Assembly (NCBI RefSeq): GCF_009914755.1
Contig: NC_060937.1
Reading direction: 5' to 3' (one strand)
Length of the DNA: 64,000 bases
Source: the human T2T-CHM13v2.0 reference genome, Homo sapiens
Part shown: positions 1 through 12,900 of the stretch, one piece after another
How positions within the stretch are numbered: position 1 is the first letter of the stretch
How the letters are laid out: each line of letters opens with the position of its first letter
Made by a program: the position numbers and the translations under genes
The notes under the pieces: model-generated
Told to the model about the DNA's origin: nothing
Database searches by the model: none
What the model saw: the letters and a program-made list of their open reading frames with translations, nothing else

Positions 1-69
1 ATTGGATTTTAAAGAGTTTTACAATATAAAAATATTAAGTATTGGAGATTATGTGAGGATGGAGCAGAT

Positions 70-362
70 TTACATACTGCAGCCAGAATTACAAATTGCT
101 ACAATCTTTCTATAAGGCATTTGGCTTCCTTTAAAGTGTTTGTACACAACATTTCCATTTCTAAGTCTCTATCTCTCTCAAGTAAATAATCCAGAGATGT
201 ATGTAAAAACTGCTAAATAAAAATGTTCACTAAAGCATTATATACTGCTGCCAAAATTGGGAAACAATGTTCAATGACAGAGGAATATGATGAAATATCC
301 TACAGCCAATAAAAATTTTGTTTGAAAAATCATTTAAGGATATTGGGAAATACTCATCATTC
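70..362 (+). mobile_element. Old L1M (L1ME-like) 3' fragment
   Basis: Degenerate L1 3'-region motifs (aaaatgttcactaaagcatta, aaaattgggaaacaa, gaaatatcctacagccaataaaaa). Confidence 0.5.
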
Positions 363-367
363 AACAG

Positions 368-2660
368 TGTGGAAGAGTTGCTCCTGCTATCTATTTAGGC
401 ATCTTGGATTCAGTAGTAGACTCCCACTCCCACCAAGTTTTAGCAAGGCACAGGTTTCCCTGCCTGCCTTGAAATTGAGATGAGACCAGAAATGACATGA
501 GTATCTTGAGTCACATCCATCAAAGAAAGCAACTGCCTGCCCCCTCCTTCCTCTCCACTCACCCTAGGCCAGACTGCAGATGCGGTACTTGTGAGCAAGC
601 TTGAATAAGGCATCTAGGCTGGTACCCTAGCAGGTGAAGAAGCAACAAGACCACAGAGACCTGAGTTCCTGCATGGCCTCATAAACAGAGATGCTTTCAC
701 ATCCCCAACTCCTTATCTTGTGAGAGAAAAAAATCAATCTATCTTCCAATACTGTGTTTTGGGGCCTTGTGTAAGAGTAGGTTAGCCTGAATCATGGCTA
801 AACATAAATTGGTACCAGAAATAGTACCCTGCAGGGGAAACAAAAATGCAAACTATATCTTTCTTGTGTAACAATTGTGTTATAGGCAGCAAGGAGACAG
901 ATATTGCAGGCTGCAAAGCTGGTGACCTCTCTCAAACCACAGCAAAGCATTTGGTAAAACTGGTCCTATGATAACTTTGAAGGCAGGTTATCTATTTACC
1001 AAGCCTGGAGCTCTGGGGGAAACAGTGAAACAAAATTGGAATGTTGGTTTCTGCTGGCTGCTGCTCCTTGCTGCTTTTAGTAGACAGAGATGAATAGAGA
1101 GATGAAGTTTGGCAAGAATGTGTCAGTTTGCAAGTAGAGGTGGAAGGAAATACAACTCTGATAAGGATGTCTCCTGTGCTTGGGACTACAGTGTGAATTG
1201 ACTGTCCAGTAATTTAAGCTTCATGGAGCTGGAAAATTGGACTGCTTCAGCACCATAAGCAGAAAGAGATAATACTGTGTCTATGAGCCTTCCTCCAGGG
1301 CCCCTTCATGGAACCATGGGAGCCAATCCAATAGCAAATATAAAATTAAACATATCGTTGACTCACCCAAGCCTGTTATTTCAGATGGCCTCAAAGTTGC
1401 TACTGAGTTAGAAAGAAAATAGTCCAAGGACAGAGCTGAGGAAATAAATGAGAGAAACTTAAGATTTATGCAGACAAGACCTTTGGCTATCCTTCCATGT
1501 TCATGGAAATGACTGAAAGCAAACAGTCCAGAAAACTGCTAAGAATTTTGAAAGAATTATGGGATCAAAGAAACCACAAACCTGGCCTGCAAAAGCTGTA
1601 ATTTTCTGATCCCTAAGGCAACCCCCAGGAAGGAAAGTTGTCCATCCCCAAGGAAGGCATGTTTTCCCACACTCACTTTAGTTGTGGCCACAGAAGTGAA
1701 TGGACAAGCAGAGTCTCAAAGAGGTCAGTGGACAAAGGAGTTTCTGCCAGAGGGGAGAACTTGTGTCTACTGACCAAGGAATTTTCTGCATTGGCTGAGA
1801 CTTGTCACAATTTCACTTGTCACAATTTCTTCCCAATAAGATTGCATTATTATTTAGGACCATAATGACTCTGTTTCCCATTCACCTTTTCTCCAAACGG
1901 GAGTTTTTATCGCTGCTCTCCTGTTTGACTCCATTATTGAACCATTAAGTATGAGGAAGGTGCCAGGAAACATGCTTATTAGTCTATAAGTCCTCAGATC
2001 TCACCACCTTCAGTCCTGCTGGAGAGGACTTCATGTCACCCAGAAATCTTGGACTTTGAGTGGGAGTAGTAACTGGATAGTTACTACTCCGCCTCCCTTG
2101 GAGGAGAAGTATGTTCTATGTGGTTAGGAAAGCACACTGAGTGATTGGGTGACTTGAGGCAGAGGCTGACAAATGTCCTCAGTATCTATTTTCCCCTTTT
2201 ATTTAGAAATAAGCTCTTTCATGCAGGGGTTTTGCAAGATATATGGCTGTGCAATGGGCAACCAACTTTTCCCAGGCTCCTTTATAACTAGGTGTATTTA
2301 CAACATGTTGTTAAGTTTTGGCAAATGAAAGTGGTCCAAAAAGAAGGGAGAAACTACCAGGGCATTTTCTTAAAAGAGGAAGCTCCTTGCCTCCCATTTT
2401 CTTTTCATCTCCTTCTCTCTTTGGTGTGATACCATGTGGTACTGCTGGGTCTGCTTCAACCATAGGGAGTAGCGCAACGCTCCGGGGAGTGTAGAGCAAG
2501 ACGGTATAGACCTGGGTCTCTGGGCTAATGCAGGAGCAGAGCTGCCCAGGACCTCTTTCTCCCTACATGAGAGAGAAGAAAGCTTATATCTTATTGGAAC
2601 CACTATATTCTTGTGTGTCTTTGTAATAGACACTTATCCCAAAACTCAATCTACCCTAAT
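368..2660 (+). mobile_element. Near full-length ancient MaLR (MLT1-type): LTR ~368-804, internal ~805-2166, LTR ~2167-2660
   Basis: Two similar MLT1-like LTRs (gtgagagaaaa...tatctt...tactgtgttttgggg and atgagagagaagaa...tatctt...cactatattcttgtg). Internal part starts aattggtaccagaa, contains gcaaagcatttggtaaaactg and ends with the cttggactttgag segment typical of MLT-int. Confidence 0.65.
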
Positions 2661-3384
2661 AAAGCAATTGTTTAGGTAAGAAAAAGAAACCAAGATGTGC
2701 ATTATGACCTAAATTTTCTTCAAAAGAAGTACATGTATATAGAAAAAACCTAAAAAGCTAAGTATCAAGACATTTATTTCTGGGTAGTAATATTACCAAT
2801 CCTTTGTTATTTCTTGGTGATGTTTTTCCATATTCTCCATTTTTTCACTTTGCATAGATATTATTTTTATAATTAGACAGGCAACAGTATATGCTATTAT
2901 TAAAATACAAATAACCACAGATCCCTCATTTCTGTCTCTCATGAGAGACAGAACTATTAATATTTTTTCCAACTGCCACAGTTTTTTCAAAGCTAGGAGC
3001 ATTCGACCACATAAATACCCTGAGGAAGCTCTAAGTGCTTTGTCTATCTTTTCGTGCCAGAAGACCTGTTCCAACACTTGGTTGATATCTATCAAAGTGC
3101 TTCATGTTTCGTGAAAAAACTAGAAAAATAATTATCAGCTGATGACCATAGCCTGTAGAAGGGCCCTTCTACAGCTGCTACAGACAGCCTGGGCTGACAG
3201 AGTGGGCGGTGAATTACAAGGAGGACAAATGTCCTGGTGAGGAACCCGCCTGCATTTGCTGTCTCTCCAGAAGCTTCTGGCAAGCATGCTTCTCATAGTT
3301 TGCACATGGTTGTTATGATTGTTTTTAAAAAACATTTTTATGATCTGCTCAAAACCTTCTTTCTCTCTCCCTACATCCAACCAT

Positions 3385-4908
3385 CTAATAGGTAAATTGC
3401 TTCCAGATTAAATCATCTCCTTACTGCACTCCTTCTCTCTGTCCTTGTTGCCATGATTCTACTGTTAGCCACTTTCATCTCTCATTGATGACTGCAGCAG
3501 CAGCCACCCTCCCTGCCTCTCATCCTTCTTCCTTTTAATAAAATCTCTTCCCTGCAATCAGAGTTGCCCTTTAAAAAGGCATATCTGATTTTGTCACTGT
3601 TCACCCTAATGCTTCTCTATCACTTTTATGATGGAGTCTGATGACTCACAGACCCTCCATGATCCAACTAGTGTTTACATCTCCAGTCTCCTCTCCAGAC
3701 ATTGTTCACCAAACTCTCAACCAGCAAGCACCACCCCCTCCACCCCAGAACAAACATCCTATCTGCTACTCAGTGATTTAACTACAATGAATGCTTTCTT
3801 CTTTATCAATAGACTTTAATTTTTAGAGTAAGTTTATAGAAAAATTGACCAGAGAACAGAGAGAGTTCCCATATATCTCCTACCCCTCACTCCAACTTTC
3901 TTTATTATTAACACCTTGCATTAGTGTGGTACATTTGTTACAATTGATGGGCCAATATTGATACATTATTATTAATTAAAGCCCTTAGTTTACATTAAGC
4001 TTCACTGTTTGTGTTGTACGTTTTATGGGTTTTGACAAATGTATCATGACATGTATCCACCATCACAGTAGTGTACAGAATAGATTCACTGCCCTAAAAA
4101 TCCCCTATTCCCTATCTGTGCATGGCTTCCTCTGTCCTCCCTCCCCACCTGCCTGATAACTATTGATCTTCTACTTACTCTATGGTTTTGACTTTTCCAG
4201 AAATGTCATATGGTTGAAATAATATAGTATGCAGGCTTTTCAGACCACTCCTCTTGCTTGGTAACATGCATTTATGGTTCTTCTATGTCTATTCATGGCT
4301 TGGTAGCTTGTTTCTTTTTATTGCTGAATAATAACCAGTGTGTGGATGTACCTCAATGTGTTTATTCATCTCCTGTTGAGGGACACCTTGGGTCCTTTTA
4401 GTTGTTGGTGATCGTGAATAAAGGTGCTATAAACATTCATGAGCAGTTTTCTGTGTAGACATATTTCAACCACGGAGTGTCTTTTAATTCCTCAAATGTC
4501 CCTTAGTTGGTTCCCTTATCTCTGGACCTCCAAGCATACTGTCCCAATGTCCTAGAATGTGCTTCCATCTTTGTTTATCTAGATAACTACTACTCACTTA
4601 TCAAGTACAGCCTAGAAATTACTTTCCCAGGAAGTCTTTTATAATCCCAGCAAACTGACACTTCCAGTACTTCCAGTAGGTTAGTTATATTTTCTAGGTG
4701 CTTCTGCAGCATTCTCTTCTATACCCTAGCATAGCAGATATCATCCGAAATTGAGGATGTCTATTTATTTCTCTGTGTGACGCACTAGGCTCTGGGTCAT
4801 TGAGGTCAATAAGGTCAGTAACCATGTGTGCCTTGTCACCACTGTGTCTCAGTCATGTAGTACTCTCTGATACAGGGTAGGTGCTCAGCAAACATGTGTT
4901 GAATAAAT
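3385..4908 (+). mobile_element. L2 LINE 3' relic interrupted by an L1MC fragment
   Basis: L2-like pyrimidine-rich body at 3385-3790, resuming at ~4490 and ending gtaggtgctcagcaaacatgtgttgaataaat. Confidence 0.6.
3802..4472 (-). mobile_element. L1MC 3' end
   Basis: gtgtggtacatttgttacaattgatg...gggttttgacaaatgtat...cactgccctaaaaatccc matches the antisense L1MC 3'UTR. Confidence 0.8.
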
Positions 4909-5249
4909 AGCCACTGGGCTCTTGGCATTGACCACCTATTCTCCATTTAAGAGTGTTTTATATTGCTTGGTAACTGTTCTAAAGTCATCATGATCTTTAC
5001 TTTTTAAAATATTTCTACCATCCTAAATCCAGAGCCTCAGTACACATCAAGGATTCCACAATGTTGCTGACAAACCAAGGGTTCTCGGTGAGCTCTCATT
5101 TCTTTATATAAAAATAACCCCAAATGTTTGCTCCTTTTCCTCAGAACTTTTCATTCAGTAAATATTTTTCATTATCCCTGAGCCCCACTCTAAACCCAGA
5201 GATGTTCTCACCGAGGAATAGCCTCCTTCCATTATTACAATAATGAAAT

Positions 5250-5480
5250 TGTTACCATTTATTGGGAGCATTATGGTCAGGTATTGTGTCAGATACCTTC
5301 AAAGGAGCTCAATACGTTTTACTAGTAATCCATTCCACTCATAAAGATTCCTGGAGAGGCGGGAAAACAGCATGGTCTTTGTTTCTGAATGTAGAAAAGA
5401 AAAGTCAGTGATTTGCTTGAATTCACCTACTTGGGAAGAGATGGTAACAGAGCACTCTCAATGCACAAGAGCTTGGTCTG
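5250..5480 (-). mobile_element. MIR SINE relic
   Basis: ttaccatttattgggagcattatggtcaggtattgtg and a degenerate MIR core. Confidence 0.5.
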
Positions 5481-6260
5481 GTATAACCCATCACACTTCA
5501 CTCATCCATTTGCTCAGGAATCAATACCTTTGGAGAAGTACTCCACTGACAGTCATTGACTGCCTCAAATTTCTGTAATGATCCTACTTGCACAAAACCA
5601 CCCAGTTCTCAATAATTTCAAAGTCATAATTTGAAGGACTATATTGTCCTTAAACCTTCTTTCCACTGTGCTGTACTGCCTTAAAAAACATTACTCAGTC
5701 TGCAGAAACACTGTAAAACTCAAAGGGCTCATTAAATTATAAATCATGGTTGGGATGAGGGGGTGGAAAGAGGATGCCAAAAAATGAAGGCACCTCTTAC
5801 CCTCTCCATGAGTTGACCAAGATGTTTTCACAACTAGAAGTCACATGTAAAGAACACGTTAAAATACGTGTCAGCATGGTGTATGAATACCATGAACGTA
5901 GCCACACATACCCATGATATAAGCCTACACATGGAGGAAGGACATAAATCATAAATAAATATGTCATCCCTCTTCACTAAGCAAACTCAGATATTGAATT
6001 TGTGCTTTTTGTGTTTGCTTGGTGAGGCCATTGCCTTGCTGAGGGCCCTTTTAAAAATGAAAGCCGATGGGCATTTCATTGAGTTGCTTGCATTGCAAAC
6101 CAAGGAGCAAGGCTCAACAAGGTCACTTCCAATTCTACCTTACCCGAGTGTTTCTTGTTTGATCTGTGGCAGCACACTCAGATATTCTTAGGAGGGATGC
6201 CAAATTTCATCATGGAAAGCTCAGTTTTGTTGTAATTAAAACTATGTCTGTTAGTGGAAC

Positions 6261-7078
6261 TGTAATCATAATAGGTTCATTGCCCAATGCACAGAGCAAG
6301 TCTACTGTAAGACACTGAGTGGCAGCAGAGAAAGAGGTTTAATCGCAGAACAAGTAGATAGGAAAGAACTGCAAATCCATCTCCACAGGAGTTTGGGGTT
6401 AGGGTTTTTAAGGGTTCTGGAGTCAGTCGAAGTGTGGAGATCATTGATTGGTCAAAGAGAGCAGCGTGAAGTCATGGGACAGGGAGATGAAGAAAGTGTC
6501 TTCTCATGCTGATCCCATTCCCCTGTGGGGGTCTTCAAACTGGTTGGTGACAGCTGTTTCCCTGAAATTCAGGGTCTGAAAAACATCTTAAGCAATTTTT
6601 TTTGGAGATGGAGTCTCACTTTGTTGCCCAGGCTGGAGTGCAGTGGCACAATCTCTGCTCACTGCAACCTCCACTCCCAGGTTCAAGAGATTCTCCTGCC
6701 TCAGCCTCCTGAGTAGCTGGAACTATAGGCACCCGCCACAACACCCAGCTAGTTTTTGTATTTTTAGTAGAGACGGGGTTTCACCGTGTTGCCCAGGCTC
6801 ATCTCGAACTCCTGAGCTCAGGCAATCCACCCGCCTTGGCCTCCAAAAGTGCCGTGATTACAGGCATGAGCTACCATGCCCAGCCAACATCTTAAGCAAT
6901 TCTTTAACAGAAGCCCTATGATTCTAAGGTCAGAAATCCTATCCATAGGCACAACGGGGATGAAAGTGGTCAGTATCTAGTGACTTTCAGTTACAAGGAA
7001 GTGGGTGAAAGTCAGCCTGATTAATGCCCAATTATATTTCTGTCTAGAATTCTTGTTAACCCTGTAAGGACGGCTTCA
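6261..7078 (-). mobile_element. Solo ERV1 LTR (LTR26-like) containing an Alu
   Basis: TG...CA termini and 4-bp TSD gaac (6257-6260, 7079-7082); homologous along its length to 47676-48191. Confidence 0.8.
6596..6885 (-). mobile_element. AluS
   Basis: Full dimeric Alu, TSD aacatcttaagcaatt. Confidence 0.95.
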
Positions 7079-7504
7079 GAACATCATGCTGTGCCTGTTG
7101 TGTAGCTATGGATTGTGTGGGGCACAATTTACTCCACATAAGAGAAACAAGGTACAGCAGAACAACAAGGCAACATCAAGGAAGATCCAGTGCTTTCTGG
7201 AATATTTGTGAACTTGGCCTCTTGAGCAGGGCAACAACAGTTCTGCTTAAACAGCAATGTCAGGTCACAGGGCCTTCAGGTGAATAGTGTGTTAATTGTG
7301 GGTACTTTTATTGGAATCTGTGACACAGTGTAATGCCCTAATCTGATTATATCTAAATGATTGCTGACTTAATGCAGTTTTGAATCTTAAAATCTATTTA
7401 ATTCACTTTTTAAAGTTTTTTACTTGAGAAAAGATGTCACAACACAAAAGACATTGAAAATTACTATTTCCACCTGACAAACTAAGCAGTTATTTATGCT
7501 GGTT

Positions 7505-7695
7505 TGGAGTGTGGATTTTGGAGTCAAACAGCTCAAGTTGGCCACTCTTCCAATCACTCTCTACACTAAACTTGGTTTTTTTCTTCACCCATCCCTTTAT
7601 ATTGCTGTGAAGATTAAATGAGACAATGTGTATAAAACATTTTTTACCATACCTGGCATTTGCACCACACCTACCATAGTAAATGGTAGTTCTCA
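7505..7695 (+). mobile_element. MIR
   Basis: gtggattttggagtcaaacag...gtgaagattaaatgagacaatgtgtataaa. Confidence 0.6.
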
Positions 7696-7702
7696 AAAAG
7701 AA

Positions 7703-8390
7703 TTGATTTTAGACCAAATGGTCCCCACTCTCCCACCATGGCCCCAATTCATATGTTGGATCCCAAACTCCCCACATGGCTGTATCTGGAGATACAGCCT
7801 TTTGGGGGTATAATTAAGGTTAAATGAGGTCATAAGGCTGGGTCCCTAATCTGATAGGACTGGGATCATTATAAGAAGAGGAAGAGAAAGCCTGGTGCGG
7901 TGACTCATGTCTGCAATCCCAGCCCTTTGGGAGGCCGAGGCAGGCAGATTGCTTGAGCCCAGGAGTTTGAGACCAGCCTGGGCAACATGATGAAAACCCA
8001 TCTCTACAAAAAATACAAAAATTAGCTGGGTGTGGTGGCTCGAGCCTATACTTGCAGCTACTCAGGAGGCTAAGTGGGAGAATCTAGCCTTGAGCCCAGA
8101 AAACAGTTGTTTCAGTGAGCCCAGATCATGCCACTGCACTCCAGCCTCGGTGACAGAGTGATGAGACTCCGTCTCAAAAAAAAAAAGAGAGGGAAGAAAC
8201 AACATCAGGAATGTAGATAGAGGGAAAAAGACAATGTGAGGTCCCTGCAAGCCAGGAAGAGAGGCGTCACCAGACAATAACACTGTTGAAACCTTGCTCT
8301 TGGACTTCTGGTTTCCAGAACTATGAGAAAACAGTTGCTTAGGCCACCCAGTCTGTGGTATTTTGTTACGGCAGCCTTAGCAGACTCTTA
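7703..8390 (+). mobile_element. MaLR LTR (MLT1A/MST-like) containing an Alu
   Basis: taattaaggttaaatgaggtcataagg...ttggacttc...ccagaactatgagaaaa...cccagtctgtggtattttgttacggcagcc. Confidence 0.8.
7890..8186 (+). mobile_element. AluJ-like
   Basis: Dimeric Alu with J-type ttgcttgagcccaggag and an A tail. Confidence 0.9.
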
Positions 8391-8887
8391 CACTGAGAAC
8401 TGAGTGGGTAAGTGAATGAAGCTGGGTGAGGTTGGGCCAGACAAGGCTCTAATACATTGGGAAAGTTTTTCGAGGTCTTGAAAACTCAGTGCTCTAGTTT
8501 GTTACCATCTCTTCCCAGCTAGATGAGTTCAAACAAATCACTGAAACTTTGGGATTTTTCCTTCCTACACGTAGAAACAAAGACCATGCTGCTGTTTCTC
8601 TGGCTTCCCAGGGATCTTTATGAGTAGAATGACTAGGAACACATCTTGAGTCCCAGTGAAGGCATCTTACAGAAAAAAAATTTTCCTTAATGGTTTCTTA
8701 AATCACTAATTTAAAGATTTCTCTGTAGTGTTAGGAAAGAAAACTGGGAATTCTTTGTGTTGTACTCCACACAGCTGCCCAGAATGCTTGTGTTTGGGAC
8801 TAGAAAAAGCTGCAGGGTGGTAAATGTGCTGGGTGAGCCAGTTGCATGCACATCTAGAAACCACACCAAAAGAATAAACTTCTCAAA

Positions 8888-8931
8888 TGTAGTCCTTAGT
8901 CCTTTCATCTGTAGTCCTTAGTCCTTTCATC
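8888..8931. repeat. Perfect 22-bp tandem duplication
   Basis: tgtagtccttagtcctttcatc x2. Confidence 0.95.
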
Positions 8932-9760
8932 AATAATTTGAGATTCTCCCCTGTCAGACTCAATTGGCCTAGCTCTAAGTATAGCTTTGCAGGGAAGCTA
9001 GTTCTGATTCAAGCAGCTATAAATCATTGATGAACACAAGTGAACTCAGTTTTCTTCCAAGAGTCTGGCCTCAAATCATTTCTTACACATACCCCCAAAA
9101 CCAGCATATTTTAGCTGACTGCTGAAAAAAAAGAACATATCAGAAAGTCAATTGGCCTCCGACCCACACTCAGTGATGAAATCTCTGACTATAATGACTT
9201 TCATTTGATGCTTGAAGAAGAAAATAAATGTAAACAGAAAATACAATAACATAAAGATTGGCCATGCAGGAGAATTCCTTCTCAACTGCATCCAGTCAGT
9301 CAGCTCTCACCACATGCCCACCATTCAGAGTAGGAAAACTATAGATTTCAATTTCTTTAGGTTCAATGCTTCCAGGTTTTTAACCTCTTGTTTACTGGAG
9401 CAGAAGAGACTTTACAAGGCTAAGCAGCTGTCTCTGTTGGACAAATGTTTATAAAAACAACATAAGAATTATTCAACTTGTGGGTTATCACTGGTGAATT
9501 CCAAACACCAAAAGACTGCTTTTGACCAGTCTGCCTTCTTTTCATTAATTATTATGAGTTTAAAGAAGAGAGAGAATACTTTTATCACTCAATTATATTA
9601 GGAAAAAGCCCTCAAGATAAATTTGCCGAACTCCTAAGGCAATTCATTGGATAGATAAGACCCCATAGCATTTCTCTTGCCTGATACAGTCTTTTTCCCA
9701 ATCAGTTGTCACTGTGATTGAGAGTTGATTGTACAAAGCCCATGTAAGTCACAAGGCAGG

Positions 9761-9925
9761 TGTCTTAGTCCATTTTGTGCTGCAATAATGAAGTACCACA
9801 GACACGGTAACCTATAAGGAACAGAAATTTATGTAGCTCATTGTTCTGGAGGCTGGGAAGTCCAAGTTTGTGGTGAGGACCTTCTGCTGCATCATCCCAT
9901 GAGAGATGGTGGAAGGGCAAGAGAG

Positions 9926-9961
<36 letters not shown>

Positions 9962-12900
9962 GAAGGGGGTTGGGCTCATCCTTTTATTAGTAACCCACTC
10001 CTGTGATAACTTACCCATTCCTGCCATAACAGCATTAATAAGTTTATGAGGGCAGAGCCCTGATAACCTAATTACCTCTTAAAGGTCCCACCTCTCAATG
10101 CTGTTGTAATGGGAACTAAGTTTTCTTTCTTTTTAAAAATTTTTTTATATATTTTAAGTTCCAGCATACATGTGCAGGATACGCAGGTCTATTACACATA
10201 GGTAAACGTGTACCATAGTGGTTTGCTGCACAGATCAACCCATCACCCAGGCATTAAGCCCAGCATACATGAGCTATTTTTCCTGATGCTCCCCCTCTCC
10301 CTGCCTTCCCCGACAGGCTCCAGCATGTCTTGTTCCCTTCCCTGTGTCCATGTGTTCTCATTGTTTGGCTCCCACTTATAAGTGAAACATGCCATGCTTG
10401 GTTTTCTGTTCCTGCATTAGTTTGCTAAGGATAATGTCATCCAGCTCCATCCATGTCCCTGGAAAGGACATGATCTTGTTCCTTTTTATGGCTGCATAGT
10501 ATTCCATCGTGTATATATCACATTTTCTTTATCCAGTCTATCATTGATGGCCATTTGGGTTGATTCCATGTCTTTGCTATTGTGAATAGTGCTGCAGTGA
10601 ACATATGTGTGCACGTATCTCTATAATAGAATGATTTGTATTCCTTTGGGATACCCAGTAATGGGATTGATGAGTCAAATGGTATTTCTGGTTCTAGGTT
10701 TTTGAGGAATCACCACACTGTATTCCACAATAATTGAACTAATTTATATTCCCACCAACAGTGTAAAAATGTTCCTATTTCTCCTCAGCCTCACCAACAT
10801 CTGTTGTTTCTTGACTTTTTAATAATCACCATTCTGACTGGCAAGAGATAGTATCTCATTGTGGTTTTTATTTGCATTTCTCTAATGAGCTTTTTTTCAT
10901 GTTTATTGGCCACATAAATGTCTTCTTTGAAGTGTCTGTTCATGTCCTTTGCCCTCTTTTTAAAGTTTTTTCTTTGTTTTTTTCTTGTAAATTTGTTTAA
11001 GTTCCTACAGATTCTGGATATTAGGCCTTTTTTCAGATGGATAGATTGGAAAATTTTCTCCCATTGTGTAGCTTGTCTGTTCACTTTGATGATAGTTTTT
11101 TTTGCTGTGCATAAACTCTTTAGTTTAATTAGATCCCATTTGTCAATTTTTGCTTTTGTTGCAATTGCTTTTGACGTTTATGTCTGAAATCTTTGCTTGT
11201 GCCTATGTCCTGCATGGTATTGCCTAGATTTTCTTCTAGGGTTTTTATAGTTTTGGGTTTTAAATTTAAGTTTTTAATCCATCTTCAGTTAATTTTTGTA
11301 TGTGGTGTAAGGAAGGAGTCCAGTGTCAATTTTCAGCATACGGCTAGCTAGTTCTCCCAGCAGCATGTATTAAATAGGGAATCCTTTCCCCATTGCTTTT
11401 TTTTGTCAGGTTTGTTGAAGATCAGATGGTTGCAGGTATGTAACCTTATTTCTGAGTTCTCTATTCTGTTTCATTAGTCTATGTGTCTGCTTTTGTACAA
11501 GGACCATGCTGTTTTGGTTATTGTAACATTGCAGTATAGTTTGAAGTCAGGTAGCATGACATCTCCAGTTTTGTTCTTTTTGCTTAGGATTGTCTTGGCT
11601 ATAAGGGCTCTTTTTTGGTTCCATATGAATTTTAAAGTAGTTTTTTCCAATTCTGTGAAGAATGTTAATGCTGTTCAATGTGAACAGCATTGAATCTATA
11701 AATTACCTTGGGTAGTATGACCATTTTTACAATATTTATTCTTCCTATCCATTAACATGGAATGTTTTTCCATTTGTGTACTGTCTAATTTCCTTGAGCA
11801 GTGGTTTATAGTTCTCCCTGAAGATGTCCTTCACTTCCCTTGTTAGTTGTATTCCTAGGTATTTTATTCTCTTTGTAGCAATTATGAATGGGAGTTCATT
11901 CACAATTTGGCTCTCTTCTTTGACTTTTGCACGTTGATTTTGTATCCTGAGGCTTTGCTGAAGTTGCTTATCAGCTTAAGAAGCTTTTGGGCTGAGACAA
12001 TGGGGTTTTCTACATATAGGATCATGTCATCTGCAAACAAAGACAATTTGACTTCTTTTCTTCCTATTTGAATACCATTTATTTCCTTCTCTTGCATGAT
12101 TGCCCTGGCCAGAACTTCCAATGCTATGTTGAATAGGAGTGGTGAGAGAGGGCATCCTTGTCTTGTGCTGGTTTTCAAAGGGAATGCTTCCAGCTTTTGC
12201 CCATTCAGTATGATATTGGTTGTGGGTTTGTCATAAATGGCTCTTATTATTTTGAGGTATGTTCCTTCAATACCTAGTTTATTGAGAGTTTTTAACATGA
12301 AGGGATGTTAAATTTTATCAAAGGCCTTTTATGTGTCTGTTGAGATAATCATGTGGTTTTTGTCTTTGGTTCTGTTTATGTGATGAATCACACTTATTGA
12401 TCTGCATATGTTGAACCAACCTTGCATCCCAGGGATGAAGCCAACTTGATCGCTGTGGGTAAACTTTTTGATGTGCTCCTGAATTCGGTTTGCCAGTATT
12501 TTATTGAGGATTTTTGCATCAGTATTCATCAGGGATATTGGCCTGAAGTTTTCTTTTTTTGTTGTATCTCTGCTACGTTTTGGTATGGATGATGCTGGCC
12601 TCATAAAATGAGTTAGTGAGGAGTCTCTCCTTTTCAATTGTTTAGTTTCAGAGGTATCACCAGCAGATGCTGCAGAACAGCAAAGATGGCAGCCTGCTCC
12701 TTCCTGTGGGAGTTCCATCCCCCTGATGCCAGAGGGAACACTCCTGTATAAGGTGTCTGGCAACCCCTGTTGGGAGCTCTCATCCAATCAGGAGGCATGG
12801 GATCAGGGACCTGCTTAATGAAGCAGTCTGGCTGCCTCTTGGCCTAGCGGGTGCACTGCGCTGGGTGGAATACCCCTCGTCCACACTGCCTGGACTCTTC

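Noticed and set aside
1800-1829. 15-bp tandem duplication acttgtcacaatttc x2, considered with other short duplications as an array
   Set aside because: Two-copy slippage duplications with no spacers; not CRISPR-like or a satellite
11900-12298. 132-aa RT-like ORF as a functional gene (also 37652-37942)
   Set aside because: Fragments of decayed L1 ORF2 bounded by stops and frameshifts
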